A stretch of DNA of 64,000 bases from Mobula birostris (Eukaryota): positions 20,933,309 through 20,997,308 of the forward strand of contig NC_092379.1 in NCBI RefSeq assembly GCF_030028105.1, written 5' to 3'. Below the pieces are notes generated by a model, which saw only the letters and a program-made list of their open reading frames with translations, searched no databases and was not told where the DNA came from. This document shows positions 62,101-64,000 of the stretch, piece by piece (within the stretch, counting starts at the first letter, position 1; each line of letters starts with the position of its first letter). Position numbers and translations under genes: made by a program.

Positions 62101-62950
62101 CCAACTCCCCGTCTTGGTCTTCTGGAGCGTCCACTACGAGGGCTTTGCGCTCAGGCACTCCGGGAAATTTTGGGGTCCCCATCACTTTCACTACTTCCCC
62201 AGGCCGTACCATCCTTGGCTTCGACTGGGAGAACCACACAATCCCTCGTTTAAATTCGGTATCCAGCCCAATGCTGCCATGCACTTCCTCAAAAGCAGCT
62301 CGAAACTCTGGGTGCACGGACAATGTTCCCAGAAAGCTCTCGCCAGCCTTCTCCTTGCAGGCTCCCATGAGCCTCTTCACAAGAGTGGTGTTGGTCCCCA
62401 CCAGAATTGAAACGCCGCGCTTCTCAACAGGGTCCGGACAAACCAGCACCAATGTATCAAGGACCTCAGACACTCCCACATCTGCCTCCAAGAGCTCCAA
62501 CTTCACACACAAGTAACCGTTGTATGGATAATCACTAGCACTAAGCCCCCAGATCTCCAGTGCCATGAATGGTGTCAATGGTAAATGCTTCAGATACCAG
62601 TTGTAAAACGAATGGTACAACAACGTGCGACCCGGTGTCGAGCATGGCTTTAGCATAAGTACCCTCTATTCATAGCGACACACTGGAGTATGGACCAACT
62701 TAGCCTTCAGGAATTGGGCCTTTCGCTTTCGGGGGTTCCTTGGTACATTGCTGGGAACGTGTCCCCCCAGAGACACCAGGCCGTTCCGTCACTGGGTCTC
62801 CTCTAGGTTTTCCCAATGACTTTCCCTGCTGAGGTACCCGGGAGCTCACTCTCCTACTGGTGTAACAAGCAGGCATTGGTGCCTACCGCTGTGCTTCTGG
62901 CTGTAAAATACATCGGATCAAGGAAGGTCCATGCTGCTTAGGGGAATCGC
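59101..62950 (-). mobile_element. Degenerate Gypsy LTR retrotransposon: 3' LTR 59101-59627, PPT 59628-59637, integrase, RNase H end, protease; RT deleted
   Basis: TG...CA LTR, purine tract GGGAGGAAAG, integrase RTTPYHPQGD and HHCC remnant, VRTDNNSLTYILTSAKLDATGHRW, protease-region LEIWGLSASDYPYNGY. Confidence 0.9.
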
Positions 62951-62999
62951 AAAAGTGCCGACAACAGTGTTCATAGACAACTCATCTGAGAAAGCTTCT

Positions 63000-63855
63000 G
63001 ATGTGTTAGTCAGGTAGGGTGGTTACTTGTGAAATGTTGCATATTTTTAAATTGTAAGATAATTCACGGAGCTTCAGAAAAATTGCAAGCATTTGGCTTT
63101 TATAAATAAAAGAACCACACATTAAGGTTGTTGCACAAACTTCAAGTGAGAGACAAAAAGTTGCTGTAAAAGTCGATGCAAAACCCAAAGCCCAGCTGGA
63201 TGAATGAAAGGCCAATAAGAAAGGGATCAAAGGAGACAGGAAAGCAGAGGATTCATCAGATGATGTTGCGGATGAGGAAACCAAGAGGAGATAACAGATT
63301 GTAAATGGAACAATACAAAGATTAATAAGAGAATACTCCACTGAACTAAATGCACCTTCCCAAGATGTATATTCACATCCGAGAAAGAAGAAAAAGGAAA
63401 AGAAAAAGCAGAACGACATGGAGTTGAGTCAGAACCTAAGACTGGTTCACAGCCACAATTCTCACCTGCTAAACAGAATGGCTTCTTTTGTCACAAAAGA
63501 TGTTATCTCACAAGAGTAAGAAATCCGCCGCAGTAATTAAATCTTTAGACCTGAATTGGAAAACTTAAAATTGTCTATGTTGTGAACATCTGCATACAGT
63601 GTTGTATTATATGATATACTGTACTCTGTGTATAGTTGAGATGTATACTGTATCGAATTGGAGTTTATAACTAAGCAGGGAGGAGGCAGTGTATTTAATA
63701 TTTCAGTAATATTTCAATAATCTTGTATAGTTATATTGTTTGATTAAGCATTCTTTTTTGTTAAGTCATTATGGGTTATATGTATTTAATACGTGAATTG
63801 CATACGTCATCACATTACCACGTGATATGTGTGTGCCTTGCTTAAAATGAAGAAG
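63000..63855 (+). mobile_element. 3' end of a second Gypsy-like element: internal remnant, PPT and partial 3' LTR
   Basis: Purine tract agcagggaggaggcag directly before an LTR copy matching 58935-59100. Confidence 0.6.
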
Positions 63856-63869
63856 GAACTAAGGATCAC

Positions 63870-64000
63870 ACGCAGAAAATGCCGATGAATGAGCAGGCCA
63901 GGCAGCATCTATTGGAAGAGGTACAGTCGACATTTCGGGCTGAGACCATTCGTCAGGACGTCCTGACGGCCCGAAACGTTGACTGTACCTCTTCTAATAG
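63870..64000. mobile_element. Penelope terminal fragments
   Basis: gcaggccaggcagcatctattggaagaggtacagtcgacatttcgggc and its inverted partner ggcccgaaacgttgactgtacctc. Confidence 0.7.

Overview
Cartilaginous-fish genomic DNA (the repeat families suggest a ray or other elasmobranch; inferred). It carries one immunoglobulin heavy-chain minilocus of the IgW (omega) type on the minus strand: TATA-like box, leader (24373-24418), VH (23963-24263), one D (23509-23525), one JH (23060-23107), then CH1-CH6. CH6 ends in a Cys-containing secretory tailpiece. I also find a likely Cys-rich short-form secretory exon between CH2 and CH3, and a second, diverged CH3/CH4 pair about 8 kb downstream of CH6. All exon boundaries were read by hand and are GT-AG, phase 1 and in frame. 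No transmembrane exon is visible in the window. The J-CH1 intron holds a 12-copy, 43-bp G-rich array with switch-region-like motifs. The rest, including about 40 kb upstream of VH with no further V gene, is mostly decayed and often nested mobile elements: CR1, Rex1/Babar, RTE, L1, Tx1, Penelope, Gypsy LTRs, SINEs and a hAT element. Mobile-element boundaries are approximate and family names come from motif recognition, not database searches.
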